This document shows positions 37,293 through 47,133 of a stretch of DNA of 57,370 bases, one piece after another. The position numbers and the translations under genes are program-made. How positions within the stretch are numbered: position 1 is the stretch's first letter; each line of letters opens with the position of its first letter. The notes beneath the pieces were generated by a model. That model was not told the origin of the DNA. It saw only the letters and a program-made list of their open reading frames with translations, and did not search any database. Location: IMG/VR virus record IMGVR_UViG_3300017707_001066, positions 1 to 57,370 of that record. One strand, given 5' to 3'. This DNA comes from a virus (taxonomy: Duplodnaviria; Caudoviricetes).

Positions 37293-40200
37293 TATCTAAG
37301 AGATATTTGACTTTTAGTATTTACAAGTTTAACTATCATGTTTACATCTCCAGGGTTTTCCTTATATAGATTAATGTAATTAAGATAGTGTCTAAACTTT
37401 TTTCTTTGTAATTCTGGTTTATTATAATCTACAGCAGCAGAGTTAATATTTCTGATATAACCATTAGGTGCAGTTAACCATAACGGTTGATCTGCATAGT
37501 TACCTTGAATTACAGTAGTGCCAGGCACTACCGCTCCTGTTGGTGGATAATCTGAACCAATAGGAAATTCTGCACGGTCTTTAGTAATATCCCAGAACTG
37601 GTTAAATCTATACTTGTTTTCTTCTTTACTAAATAAGATATCAAAAGACTGTAAGTTAGATTGATTAAGCTTAGGGTATTCTTGTGCTAGAGCAATACTG
37701 TTTTTAGGATAAAGGTTAAGATTTAAGTATCCTGAAATTTGCTCTGAGTTATAGATTACTGCTTTATCAAAGTTATAATCTAACACATGGAATTGATCAA
37801 CACAATTGTTTTTACCTCTTCTGTAAGATTCTAATAAATACTCTACAGATTTAATAGTTGTAACTGTCTCACCTGTTATTACAGGAAGTTCAATCTCAAA
37901 AGGATATTCTGTACCATAGAAGTTACAGTAATCATTACATGTCATGTTATGTTTCCATATACCATTATTCTTAACTGTTAAGAAAGTATTTTTGGAAGCA
38001 AGAGTTAAATCAGGATGCCAGTCATGGAATGAGATAAAGAAATCATTCTTAGGGTCATAACTTACTGTCCAAGATGCATCATCAAATATAGTAGGATCTC
38101 CAAGTGAGAATGTTGTACCAGGGAATGCTGTAACCACAAAATAATCTTTTTTGCTTTTAGCATCCATAGGAATATAAGTAGTCAGTCCTACATATTCTGG
38201 TTTTAGTTTGTAATCTTTTTTAGTAAAATAAACTACAGAACTATCATTATCATATAATGCTTGGCAACCAATACCAGCTACTGGATTATCTACCCATGGG
38301 TAATCTGGAAAGTCTTCAGTAAGCTTATATGGCATAAAATAGTTAAACCACCATTTCATACCAGTTTGAGATATTTCTTTTAGTCCTCCAGAGTATTGGA
38401 AAATCTTACCTTGATTTTGAGACACATAGTAAATACCTGCTGGTGTAGCAACTATAGAAAGTCTATTTTGTGATGAACCATACTCATATGGTCTATCAGC
38501 ATTTGTAGCAGACTGAGGTGGTTGACTAAATAATCCACCATCTCCAATAGTTACTTTAGTACCTAGATCAGTTTCTAAGGTATCAACACCTTGATACATT
38601 ACTGGGCTGGCATTTTTAAATGTTATAAAGAGACCACTTTTATTAATTGATTTAACACCACTGATCTGTGACTGAAACTCTTTATAGTTATTTACTAGAT
38701 ATACAAACCAACTATCTTTAAATGACTCAAACTGTACAGGTAATGAATAATAAATTCTATCAGGGTAGTAAGTATAACATAACTTAGCTACCTCAGGATT
38801 ATAGTATCTGCTTTGTAAATTACCTGAAGTAAGATACTGTGAAAACATCTTAGATATACTCAATGAGTAATCATATCTATATAAAGAGTTTTCAGTAACA
38901 CTATCTGGATTTAACTCAAACATTTTATACAGATCCGTGTATCTATATGGGTCATAATGTTTTTCCCATTCATAGTCACCGGCTTGTCTAAAATCTATAA
39001 TAACATCACTTTCTACAAAAAAGTCTATAACTGAAGAAGAAGCTAAATAAAAATATGCTTCTTTAGTTCTCCAGAATCCAGCATAACTATCTCCTGCAAG
39101 ATTTTTTTGTACAACATCATTTGTGTAATCATAAAATCTAGTGTTACTAACATTAAAATCTAGATTATAAAATTTACTTGGTTTCCATCCTGTACCAACG
39201 GTTGGTAATCCACCACCTGAAATATCAGGAGTAGCATCAGATGAATCATAAGAACTAGAATTAGCCCAGAATCTTGGCTGATTTATTTGTTGGTATAACA
39301 AATAGTTATACTCAGTTCCATCTGGACTATTGTACAACCAATCATAGAAAAAGAACATATTATTCTTTTCTGTATATCTAGTGATATATGTGTCTCCACC
39401 AAAGAAGATAGGAGTTCTATTAATTAATCTAGTTGTATAGTTTACACCATTACAAACATAAGGACCTATAATCGGTAATGTTGTATAATCAAACTTTTGT
39501 TCACATGGAGTAATAATAATTTGTTTGATTCCATCTAATTGACCATACTGATTTCTAATTCTATTTTTAATAGCAGCATAATGACTTGCAATTGGCAAAC
39601 CAAATGGTGTATCAGGAGTAATAAAGTTAGGAAGATTTAATCCAGATGGTGCTAATACAGATAATGTATTAGGACTTACAACACCATCTTGTTGAATGTG
39701 ACCAATGGTTGTAAGTGACTGGTCTACAAAACCACTGGCTTCTTTAATAAAGTCAGGACCGGTAGTTTTATTACCATTATACTCTGGACCAGCTTTAGTT
39801 CTAAGAGTTACCGTAGACTGTCTTTGAAGGTTGTTAATGCTATAAGCACTAGACTGACCTTGATAATAAGGAATCTCTTGTACAGAATCTTTAATATAGA
39901 ACTGATCTTCTACAGAAAATCTAAATAACCCATTATCTGAAGTATCTTGATATGTTGGTTTTCTCATGTCTGAGTAAAAACCATATGATATCATTTGTAG
40001 TGCATACTGAGTATAAGGTATAGCAGCTTTAATAACATTTAAAGCAGTATCAAATCCTTCTGTAAAATAGTATGCAAAGAATGATGTTCCATAAAGAGCT
40101 TTAGACACAGGATCTAAATATGCCCACGGTGGCATCTGAACATTATATGTAGTATTCCATGGAGAAATAACACCTGCTGCTGCACTCGCATTTAATGCTA

Positions 40201-42715
40201 CATTATAAGCATCTGTTGCAAGTGTGCCCGTAGTAGGAATAGGTATAGGACTTAAAGCGGCTAAACTATCTACTACCAAACCACCATTGTTATACCAATC
40301 TGTAATAGCAGTTTCATAAGTTTGTGCTGCAGTAGCTATAGTTGTAGAACTTGGAGGTAAATATAATGCAGGATTAATATTATCTACTTTAGGAGTATTA
40401 TATGTTCTAGTACCAACTAAAGATAATGCAGCTTCTACAAGTCCAGTAAGGAATGCAGGAATTAAAGTAGCATCTGAAAGTAATTTAAATTTAGGATGCT
40501 TATTAGGCTCAATAAATTGTTGTTGTGATCTTCCTCTTAAATAACCATATAGTTTAAGTTCACTAGCAGATAAGAACGGAGTTCTAAACATTAAATCTGG
40601 AGAGTGAAATGTAATCAACTCTTTAGGCATTCCTTGGTTGATTACTTTTTTATCATCCTCAGTATCTGGTATTTTAATAAACGGATCATTATAACTATAG
40701 TTATGATCATTAGGATCAGTTGAGTTATAAAAAGGTTTAATAGTATTAAAAGGATAGTTACGGTATAGACCTTTTCTATTTGAATAATACTGTGAATTAT
40801 TTTTACCGTTACCTCTTATTTCATATGTTCTAAAGTTGTTAACCAATCCTTTAGCAACAATAGACTTATTACCTTCTCTAGAACCTCTTAAGATTTCATA
40901 CCCTACAATACCTTGAATATCTTTACCATCATTATCTTTTGGATAAGCAATGTTTTCAAAGTATACACCCATAAGTCTAATCCTAAGATTATTAGGATCA
41001 GACAATGAATTAGGATTTCTTTTAAAATGTAAAGTATTATCAGTCAATAAGTTATCTGGGAACTTATGGTGTCTAATATGCACACCACATAAATCAAATT
41101 CCTTAGATATCTGTGCTTGTCTACCTGTCCAACAATGACAACTAGCATTCCATACTTCTGGTTGAGTAGTAGGGTATACTTCCGTAGACTCCCAATAACC
41201 CATATCACCAACGGCTATTACAGTACCACCGTCATTAGTAGTAAGTGTAGAAGGTATAGTATTAAATTGTTTAGCAGTGTTGTATACATCAAATACTCTA
41301 TCATCTACTTGAAGAGAGTTCTTATCTATTAAAGGATCTGTTTCTGAAGTATAAGTTATACCGTCAGGAGCAGTATAAGATTGTGGAACTCTACCTGGAA
41401 TATGATATGATGCAGACTTATCTCCTGTATCATATATCCAACGGATAAAGAATGCATATACTTCATCTCTTAAATAACTTGGCTTACTTCCACCATTTAC
41501 ATAATAATCTGCAGGATATTCTACAGAAGCCCATTTAGCTTGAATCTGGTTAGCTAATGGTTGATAGTTAAAATCAAATCTAGTAGTAGGACCAACTCTA
41601 AGTAAATAATTATTTACCTCTGTAATTTGATCAGACTTTTCAAATACAGGAGTCTGAATTGGAATAACAGAAAGTGGAACACTATCTAAAGATGGGTTAA
41701 TTTGATCTAGTGCAATTACTGAAGTCTTAGTAGAATACAAACCAATCTTTTTAGCATAGGCTGTATTATTTACATTAGCAACCATAACTAAAACAAACTC
41801 ATCAAAGTTTTCTGAGTCAGCTTGAACTTCTAAAACTAATGAACCACCTACAGCATTTTCAGTCCATACAGGTTGTACATTACTAGGTGAAAAATAATCT
41901 GTTACTTTCTGTCCTTTAATGGCATATGCTATAGTTGCAAAGTAACTACCATTTCTAATTTCTCCTCCTTCATTACCAAGTCTTAAATTTAAACAAGGTG
42001 TTTCCATTAACCTTGCTAATCTGATTTGATCACAGTTAAGGGAGTTTGTATTTTCACATTGTTTACATAAATCAGAATTGTCTGTACAATCTGTTATTAC
42101 TTCACAGTCTTGATTCCATTGCACTCCAGGCCAAAGTTCTTGATGACCATTAGGATAAGTGTAAAAGTTAACTAAAGGTCCGGCACCATTCCATTGAGCA
42201 TCATATGATGGCCATGTTTGTGGATCTCCAACATTAAGATATCTATCAGGATTTAATCCATCTGCCCAGTATACTTGCCAGCTACAGTCTTCTTTTTCTC
42301 TAGATGATCCAGTAACTAAATATCTTTTATCAAAATTAAGACATGCATCTTGTACAATAGGTCTATAAATACATCTGTCTTCTTCAAATAAACCTATCTC
42401 AGACATTACTGGTTGTCCTTGAGAATTATGACCAGCTGTGTAAATAATCCACTTATCAGAAAAGAGTTGGATGGCTCCAATTATATGTATACTAGTAACA
42501 GTAGAAGGCATTGTAGTACCACTAATACCACAAACAAAGTTTGAAGCTTCATTAGATAAAGTACCTAAGTTACCACCAATAGTATTATTCATGGCATTTC
42601 TTGCATGCGTCCACATCCCTTCTTGTACATATGTAGGATCAGAATCTTTGTTAAGACCCTTTACAAATGTATTTAATGTTCTTTGTGCACTATCTTGTAT
42701 ATTCTTTTTGGCCAT
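37292..42715 (-). CDS. Tail stabilisation / muzzle protein (crAss Tstab-like), 1807 aa
   Basis: N-terminal KGLNKDSDP...WTHARNA, beta-propeller-like repeats and C-terminal WTVSYDP..FISFHDWHP. Lies directly after the tail tubular/ring genes. Confidence 0.75.
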   Translation of the reverse strand: MAKKNIQDSAQRTLNTFVKGLNKDSDPTYVQEGMWTHARNAMNNTIGGNLGTLSNEASNFVCGISGTTMPSTVTSIHIIGAIQLFSDKWIIYTAGHNSQGQPVMSEIGLFEEDRCIYRPIVQDACLNFDKRYLVTGSSREKEDCSWQVYWADGLNPDRYLNVGDPQTWPSYDAQWNGAGPLVNFYTYPNGHQELWPGVQWNQDCEVITDCTDNSDLCKQCENTNSLNCDQIRLARLMETPCLNLRLGNEGGEIRNGSYFATIAYAIKGQKVTDYFSPSNVQPVWTENAVGGSLVLEVQADSENFDEFVLVMVANVNNTAYAKKIGLYSTKTSVIALDQINPSLDSVPLSVIPIQTPVFEKSDQITEVNNYLLRVGPTTRFDFNYQPLANQIQAKWASVEYPADYYVNGGSKPSYLRDEVYAFFIRWIYDTGDKSASYHIPGRVPQSYTAPDGITYTSETDPLIDKNSLQVDDRVFDVYNTAKQFNTIPSTLTTNDGGTVIAVGDMGYWESTEVYPTTQPEVWNASCHCWTGRQAQISKEFDLCGVHIRHHKFPDNLLTDNTLHFKRNPNSLSDPNNLRIRLMGVYFENIAYPKDNDGKDIQGIVGYEILRGSREGNKSIVAKGLVNNFRTYEIRGNGKNNSQYYSNRKGLYRNYPFNTIKPFYNSTDPNDHNYSYNDPFIKIPDTEDDKKVINQGMPKELITFHSPDLMFRTPFLSASELKLYGYLRGRSQQQFIEPNKHPKFKLLSDATLIPAFLTGLVEAALSLVGTRTYNTPKVDNINPALYLPPSSTTIATAAQTYETAITDWYNNGGLVVDSLAALSPIPIPTTGTLATDAYNVALNASAAAGVISPWNTTYNVQMPPWAYLDPVSKALYGTSFFAYYFTEGFDTALNVIKAAIPYTQYALQMISYGFYSDMRKPTYQDTSDNGLFRFSVEDQFYIKDSVQEIPYYQGQSSAYSINNLQRQSTVTLRTKAGPEYNGNKTTGPDFIKEASGFVDQSLTTIGHIQQDGVVSPNTLSVLAPSGLNLPNFITPDTPFGLPIASHYAAIKNRIRNQYGQLDGIKQIIITPCEQKFDYTTLPIIGPYVCNGVNYTTRLINRTPIFFGGDTYITRYTEKNNMFFFYDWLYNSPDGTEYNYLLYQQINQPRFWANSSSYDSSDATPDISGGGLPTVGTGWKPSKFYNLDFNVSNTRFYDYTNDVVQKNLAGDSYAGFWRTKEAYFYLASSSVIDFFVESDVIIDFRQAGDYEWEKHYDPYRYTDLYKMFELNPDSVTENSLYRYDYSLSISKMFSQYLTSGNLQSRYYNPEVAKLCYTYYPDRIYYSLPVQFESFKDSWFVYLVNNYKEFQSQISGVKSINKSGLFITFKNASPVMYQGVDTLETDLGTKVTIGDGGLFSQPPQSATNADRPYEYGSSQNRLSIVATPAGIYYVSQNQGKIFQYSGGLKEISQTGMKWWFNYFMPYKLTEDFPDYPWVDNPVAGIGCQALYDNDSSVVYFTKKDYKLKPEYVGLTTYIPMDAKSKKDYFVVTAFPGTTFSLGDPTIFDDASWTVSYDPKNDFFISFHDWHPDLTLASKNTFLTVKNNGIWKHNMTCNDYCNFYGTEYPFEIELPVITGETVTTIKSVEYLLESYRRGKNNCVDQFHVLDYNFDKAVIYNSEQISGYLNLNLYPKNSIALAQEYPKLNQSNLQSFDILFSKEENKYRFNQFWDITKDRAEFPIGSDYPPTGAVVPGTTVIQGNYADQPLWLTAPNGYIRNINSAAVDYNKPELQRKKFRHYLNYINLYKENPGDVNMIVKLVNTKSQISLR

Positions 42716-42717
42716 GG

Positions 42718-43773
42718 TTAAAACAATGTTGATGAATTCAATCTTCTTCTAAATGCACTAGTAGGCTCATATGACTTAAACATGTCATAGTATCTACTAT
42801 ACATTGCTTTTCTGTTTGTTAACCAAACCTGTTCCATTTCTCTAAAGTTTGGAGTGTTAACTAAACTCATTGCATTGTTTCTTGCAGCTTTTAATCTTTG
42901 TTCTACAAGTTGCATTCTTTGAGAAACATCTTCTCCATTCATATAAAGATTTTCCATGATTCTTTGCTTAAGAGCATACTCATAGAATTCATTGAGAAGA
43001 TCATGATCAGGTACAAGTAAAGTACCTTCTTCATCTTCCATTTGACCTTGGTAATTAAGGTATACAGTACCTGTTTCAAAAGTAGTAAATAGGTATCCTC
43101 CTTTGATCCATCCTTGATTAGCAACGTTATAATATAAGTTAGGGCAGTTACAGTCTATTTCTTGACTAGCCTTCATTCTTAATGGAATAAGATTTTTCCA
43201 GACTCTAACATTAGATTGATTAATTACTTGAACAAGTTCATACTGTTCTCCTTTACAATTCATAAAGACTCTTGGTCTTGTACAAACATCTCCATAAGGA
43301 GCTAAAGGATTATATTCTGTTGGAATAACATTAGGAGCGCATGTAGGAGGACATGTGTTATCTAGACATGCTGCAGTATGGTTACATGGGTTTGCATTGC
43401 ATACAGCGCAGTTTACTGTAATAGGACTGCACACATCTACATGAGCTGGAGTTTCTACATATGGAATTTCTTGAATATTAGTTCCACCCATCCATCCATC
43501 ATATCCAATCTGTTGAACATGTTCTCCACAGATAGCTGCAAAGTTAAATGTATAGAAATCATCTGGTAATTTTACTTTACCGTGACACACTTCTAATAAA
43601 ACTTCCTTAGTTTGATTTACTCTTAAACCAAGTTCATAGGTAACTCTTTTAGCAACTTTAATTAATTGCTGCGGCTCTATCATATTTTCTAGAGCAAAAG
43701 AACTGAGATCAACTGTTACATCTTCTAACAATTGATCAAAGGTTCTATATTTTAGTGTGTAGTTAAAATCCAT
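42718..43773 (-). CDS. Tail tubular / ring protein (crAss Ttub-like) with a Cys-rich insertion
   Basis: GKVKLPDDF...YLFTTFETGTVYLNY...LLVPD...YALKQRI pattern, positioned upstream of the muzzle gene. Confidence 0.65.
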   Translation of the reverse strand: MDFNYTLKYRTFDQLLEDVTVDLSSFALENMIEPQQLIKVAKRVTYELGLRVNQTKEVLLEVCHGKVKLPDDFYTFNFAAICGEHVQQIGYDGWMGGTNIQEIPYVETPAHVDVCSPITVNCAVCNANPCNHTAACLDNTCPPTCAPNVIPTEYNPLAPYGDVCTRPRVFMNCKGEQYELVQVINQSNVRVWKNLIPLRMKASQEIDCNCPNLYYNVANQGWIKGGYLFTTFETGTVYLNYQGQMEDEEGTLLVPDHDLLNEFYEYALKQRIMENLYMNGEDVSQRMQLVEQRLKAARNNAMSLVNTPNFREMEQVWLTNRKAMYSRYYDMFKSYEPTSAFRRRLNSSTLF

Positions 43774-44435
43774 TACCTAAGTACATTTTGGCCATCATCA
43801 GCATTATCTTGTGGAATCTGCATCATGGTAGTTAATTCTTTAATAGCAAATTGTTCTACTTCTGCAAACAAGTATTCAGGTATTGTCATATTCTGATCTT
43901 GTTTTATAAGGCAATCATCTGAAGTACATGTATCAACAGTACCTTCAAAGATGGCCTCCATTCTTATAGCATCCCAATCAATATTAGGAAAGTATAAGTA
44001 ACCATCTAAGTACCAGAAATATCTGTTCTTGTTATATTTAAAAGTTGTAGTTTTAGTCATAGAGACCCAAGTACCAGGTTCAGTTCTAAATAACTCTATA
44101 GTACCATCTATTGAAGATACAGTACGGATAATAGGTCCAAACATTCCATTAAGAATACTTGGAACTTTTTCTTTAGATCTTTTAAAATAACAACCGGAAT
44201 ATACACCAATGCAACCAGCTTCTACTTTATCTACATCTATCAGTTCAATATAAGGAAGCACTTGAAAAATAGAACTCATTCTCATGAGTCTAAATTGATT
44301 ATCTTCTCTCTTAATAAGAGCTTTAGCATACTTTAAGATAGAGTAGTATATAGTTCTATCAGTTAAGAAAGGATCTTCCTTAACTCCTTTAAGAACATTT
44401 CTTACTCTAGATACTGCTTCACCAATTGTTGTCAT
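43773..44435 (-). CDS. Tail ring / head-tail connector protein
   Basis: 220 aa with LTDRTIY...YFWYLDGYLYF...AIFE and C-terminal PQDNADD. Synteny with crAss-like ring genes. Confidence 0.6.
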   Translation of the reverse strand: MTTIGEAVSRVRNVLKGVKEDPFLTDRTIYYSILKYAKALIKREDNQFRLMRMSSIFQVLPYIELIDVDKVEAGCIGVYSGCYFKRSKEKVPSILNGMFGPIIRTVSSIDGTIELFRTEPGTWVSMTKTTTFKYNKNRYFWYLDGYLYFPNIDWDAIRMEAIFEGTVDTCTSDDCLIKQDQNMTIPEYLFAEVEQFAIKELTTMMQIPQDNADDGQNVLR

Positions 44436-45013
44436 AGGTCAAAATCATTATAAGTTTCTAAGCCTTTCTCCTGTAATTTTTTACCTACATATTTTTTAAA
44501 AGCTTTTTGATATATTTCACGGAGTTTATTTTTAGACTCTACTGCTATATACATATTCCAGTTTTCTGGATATGTTTTAGAAACAGTTCTTTTAAACTCT
44601 CTGCATGCAATAAAAGACCAATACTCTCTGTTCTTCATCTTGTGCTTTAATGCATAACTTGTAAAAAATATCTTTGCAAGTTTACCATCAGTGTCCCAGT
44701 TTTTATTTGTTACGGTCATACCATACTTATGTGACTTACCGTAGTCCACATTTTGTTTAGCACTCTGTTCACAACTTCCTATAAAAAGCCAACCTATATT
44801 TTCAGGAAATAGAACACCATCTCTTTTGTCTATTACAGTCTGAAACATTAATTTGTTATAACCTTTTATTATCTGTCTTATGTCACTATTACTTAAGTGA
44901 GCATATTTAGGATACTTATTTTTAAACTCTGCAAAGAACTTCTTAGTAAAAATATTATAGGCCTTTGGTCTAAACCTTGGAGCTTTAACATCCGGCTTTT
45001 TAAATTCCTTCAT
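44432..45013 (-). CDS. HU/IHF-like DNA-binding protein (crAss-like IHF subunit)
   Basis: Basic 193-aa protein. IRQIIKGYNKLMFQTVIDKRDGVLFPENIGWLFI resembles the HU/IHF helix-strand core. Conserved position among crAss-like tail genes. Confidence 0.55.
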   Translation of the reverse strand: MKEFKKPDVKAPRFRPKAYNIFTKKFFAEFKNKYPKYAHLSNSDIRQIIKGYNKLMFQTVIDKRDGVLFPENIGWLFIGSCEQSAKQNVDYGKSHKYGMTVTNKNWDTDGKLAKIFFTSYALKHKMKNREYWSFIACREFKRTVSKTYPENWNMYIAVESKNKLREIYQKAFKKYVGKKLQEKGLETYNDFDL

Positions 45014-45023
45014 ACTATATAGA

Positions 45024-45055
45024 TTAATATACTAAAAATAACTCACTTTAGCAAA
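45024..45055 (-). promoter_or_regulatory. Putative late promoter (TTTG-N20-TATATTAA)
   Basis: Recurring motif immediately downstream of a terminator and upstream of the gene start at 45013. Confidence 0.6.
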
Positions 45056-45064
45056 TATAAGCAT

Positions 45065-45096
45065 AAAACAAAACCCCCGCGAGTGCAGGGGCTTTG
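45065..45096 (-). terminator. Rho-independent terminator
   Basis: On the minus strand: caaagcccctgc-actc-gcgggggttttg followed by tttt. Confidence 0.7.
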
Positions 45097-45133
45097 CCTT
45101 GTTGTCACAGAAACCAACAAACTGTAACTTCTT

Positions 45134-45370
45134 TTAAAGAGGAGGACAGAAGTATGCTACCATTAGTTGTAGAGCATCTGCCATATTAGTATTAGTTGGA
45201 ACCACAGTATCACCATTACATACAATAGGATCACCTGTATAAATTACACACTGTGCGTCAAATACTTCAGAACACGGTTCTGGATCTGGGCATCCTGCTG
45301 GAGTTGGAAATGCTGGAAGAGTAACTAATGCATCTTCACACCCACAATTTTTACATTTATTTAAAGACAT
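45134..45370 (-). CDS. Small Cys-rich protein (78 aa), related to the N-terminus of the upstream fibre-like protein
   Basis: CSEVFDAQCVIYTGDPIVC...ADALQLM resembles CSPISSNCVIWQGPDIPC...SDVVFKL. Confidence 0.65.
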   Translation of the reverse strand: MSLNKCKNCGCEDALVTLPAFPTPAGCPDPEPCSEVFDAQCVIYTGDPIVCNGDTVVPTNTNMADALQLMVAYFCPPL

Positions 45371-45381
45371 AACTTATATTA

Positions 45382-47097
45382 TTAAGGACATACGTAACCT
45401 GTATATGCTGTATCTAATGAGCAAACTGGTATATATGCTTTTAAACCATCTATTTTAAAACTAAATCCTCCAATCTGATCAGCTTTAGCAGCATTACAAT
45501 CAAATGGCCATGTTAATGCAAACGCATCTAAATCAGGAGAATATGTTGCAGCACTTGGAGCATTTTGAATTGTAGCTGTTGCACCAGAATTATTTGGAAC
45601 ATTATATGTTCTTTGAACATTGCTTGTGATTAATCTTAAATGAGAACTTCCTGCTGCTGCAATTCTTATATCACTTTTCTCACTACTTTCTAAAGTATAT
45701 AATTCTAATATTCCATCATTAGTTAATCTTACTCTTATAATACCTGTAAGAACTGAACCATATGTTCCATTAAGATTAATAGGTCTATAAATTATTTCAC
45801 TATTAATAAAACTATATCCATCTAAATTAGTTAATGCACCTAATATTCCTGTTGGAATAACTGAAGTTGCATTGTTAAATAAAATTGCATTATCAGGAAT
45901 GCTTATTGTAACTCCTCCAATTCCAGTAAAAGGGGTGCAACCATTTATACTATTATAAGAAGTAGTTTCATTAATACCATAATAAGTTAAACTAGTTAAT
46001 GGTACTACAGTTCCTGGTGAAGATGGATTATCTAATGGAACATAAATATCTCCTCTAAAATGAATTTCATTACCAATTCTTCTTATTTGAGGTTTTGGAA
46101 TACCACCTGCATAATAATCAAAACCTTCTAAATCTATCCAACCAGAATCTTTTATAGCTGCTGATAATGTAAATTCATTACTAGTTAACTGATTAAAACT
46201 TACATTAAGTGTTGATGTTGGTAAAACAGTTACTGTTATACCTTCTTGTAGATAGTTGTATATATCACAAACAACTAACCATAAATTATTGATTGCATTG
46301 GCAGCTGTATATAAGTTTCCATTGTCCACCCATGAACCAGCATATGCTGCAATAAATGGAATTCCACTTGTTAATGTTAAATCTGAATCCGCAATACATT
46401 GAGATTGTACTGCTTGAATAATAGCTGCAGGCTCATCTGTAGCTGCAATTAATGAACAATAACCTCTTGTGTCATCATTAATTAATGCATCTAAGACAAC
46501 ATCAATTTGATATGAATTTCCTGAAAGTACTGCAGGACTTAAACTACAATCTACAATAATACTAGGAATTGTAAATGTTGGAGCTGGTGCAGCTTCTAAT
46601 GCAGTTACTCTAATATCTAAACTGTTTATACTATTTAGTATTGCTGTAATCTGTGTAGCAAGAGAACATACTGTTTCACCAATTGCTTGTGCATATTCAG
46701 ATACAGTCATTACAGTAACACTACCTACTACAAAACAAGGTGCAACAGTAACTAATGTTTCAGCTGTTGTTGTTTTAGTAGTATTTACTGGACTTGTTGC
46801 TGGATCACCAATAGTAGTTACTTCTGATTGTAATGCACAAATTCTATCAATTAAGAATTGAATGAGTGCTTGGAAATCATTTGGTCCACATGCAGTAAGG
46901 TTAAAGCATGATAGATCATAGTTTGTAATATTTAATGTATCTAGAACAGCACATAATTCTGTAGCAAGTTTAAATACTACATCAGATACTGTATCTCCAG
47001 AACATAACTTAATGCATGGAATATCTGGTCCTTGCCAAATAACACAGTTAGATGAAATTGGACTACAAGGTTTATTGTCTAGATTCAAAGGTTTCAT
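45382..47097 (-). CDS. Putative tail/head fibre protein (571 aa)
   Basis: Cys-rich N-terminus, short coiled coils (LDIRVTALE) and a DSGWIDL...IRRIGNEIHFRG C-terminal domain typical of fibre tips. Confidence 0.55.
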   Translation of the reverse strand: MKPLNLDNKPCSPISSNCVIWQGPDIPCIKLCSGDTVSDVVFKLATELCAVLDTLNITNYDLSCFNLTACGPNDFQALIQFLIDRICALQSEVTTIGDPATSPVNTTKTTTAETLVTVAPCFVVGSVTVMTVSEYAQAIGETVCSLATQITAILNSINSLDIRVTALEAAPAPTFTIPSIIVDCSLSPAVLSGNSYQIDVVLDALINDDTRGYCSLIAATDEPAAIIQAVQSQCIADSDLTLTSGIPFIAAYAGSWVDNGNLYTAANAINNLWLVVCDIYNYLQEGITVTVLPTSTLNVSFNQLTSNEFTLSAAIKDSGWIDLEGFDYYAGGIPKPQIRRIGNEIHFRGDIYVPLDNPSSPGTVVPLTSLTYYGINETTSYNSINGCTPFTGIGGVTISIPDNAILFNNATSVIPTGILGALTNLDGYSFINSEIIYRPINLNGTYGSVLTGIIRVRLTNDGILELYTLESSEKSDIRIAAAGSSHLRLITSNVQRTYNVPNNSGATATIQNAPSAATYSPDLDAFALTWPFDCNAAKADQIGGFSFKIDGLKAYIPVCSLDTAYTGYVCP

Positions 47098-47101
47098 ATC
47101 T

Positions 47102-47133
47102 ATAATATACTAATTATTAATGACAATTACAAG
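47102..47133 (-). promoter_or_regulatory. Putative late promoter (CTTG-N20-TATATTAT)
   Basis: Recurring motif ending 4 nt upstream of the ATG at 47097. Confidence 0.4.

Noticed and set aside
28024-42720. Identical junction sequence gccatggtta (TAACCATGGC) at 28024-28033 and 42711-42720
   Set aside because: Mostly dictated by stop + ATG + Ala codon. Too short to support mobility or recombination.
45056-45133. tRNA or structured ncRNA in the largest intergenic gap
   Set aside because: No cloverleaf or T-loop consensus. The GC-rich part is explained by a terminator hairpin.
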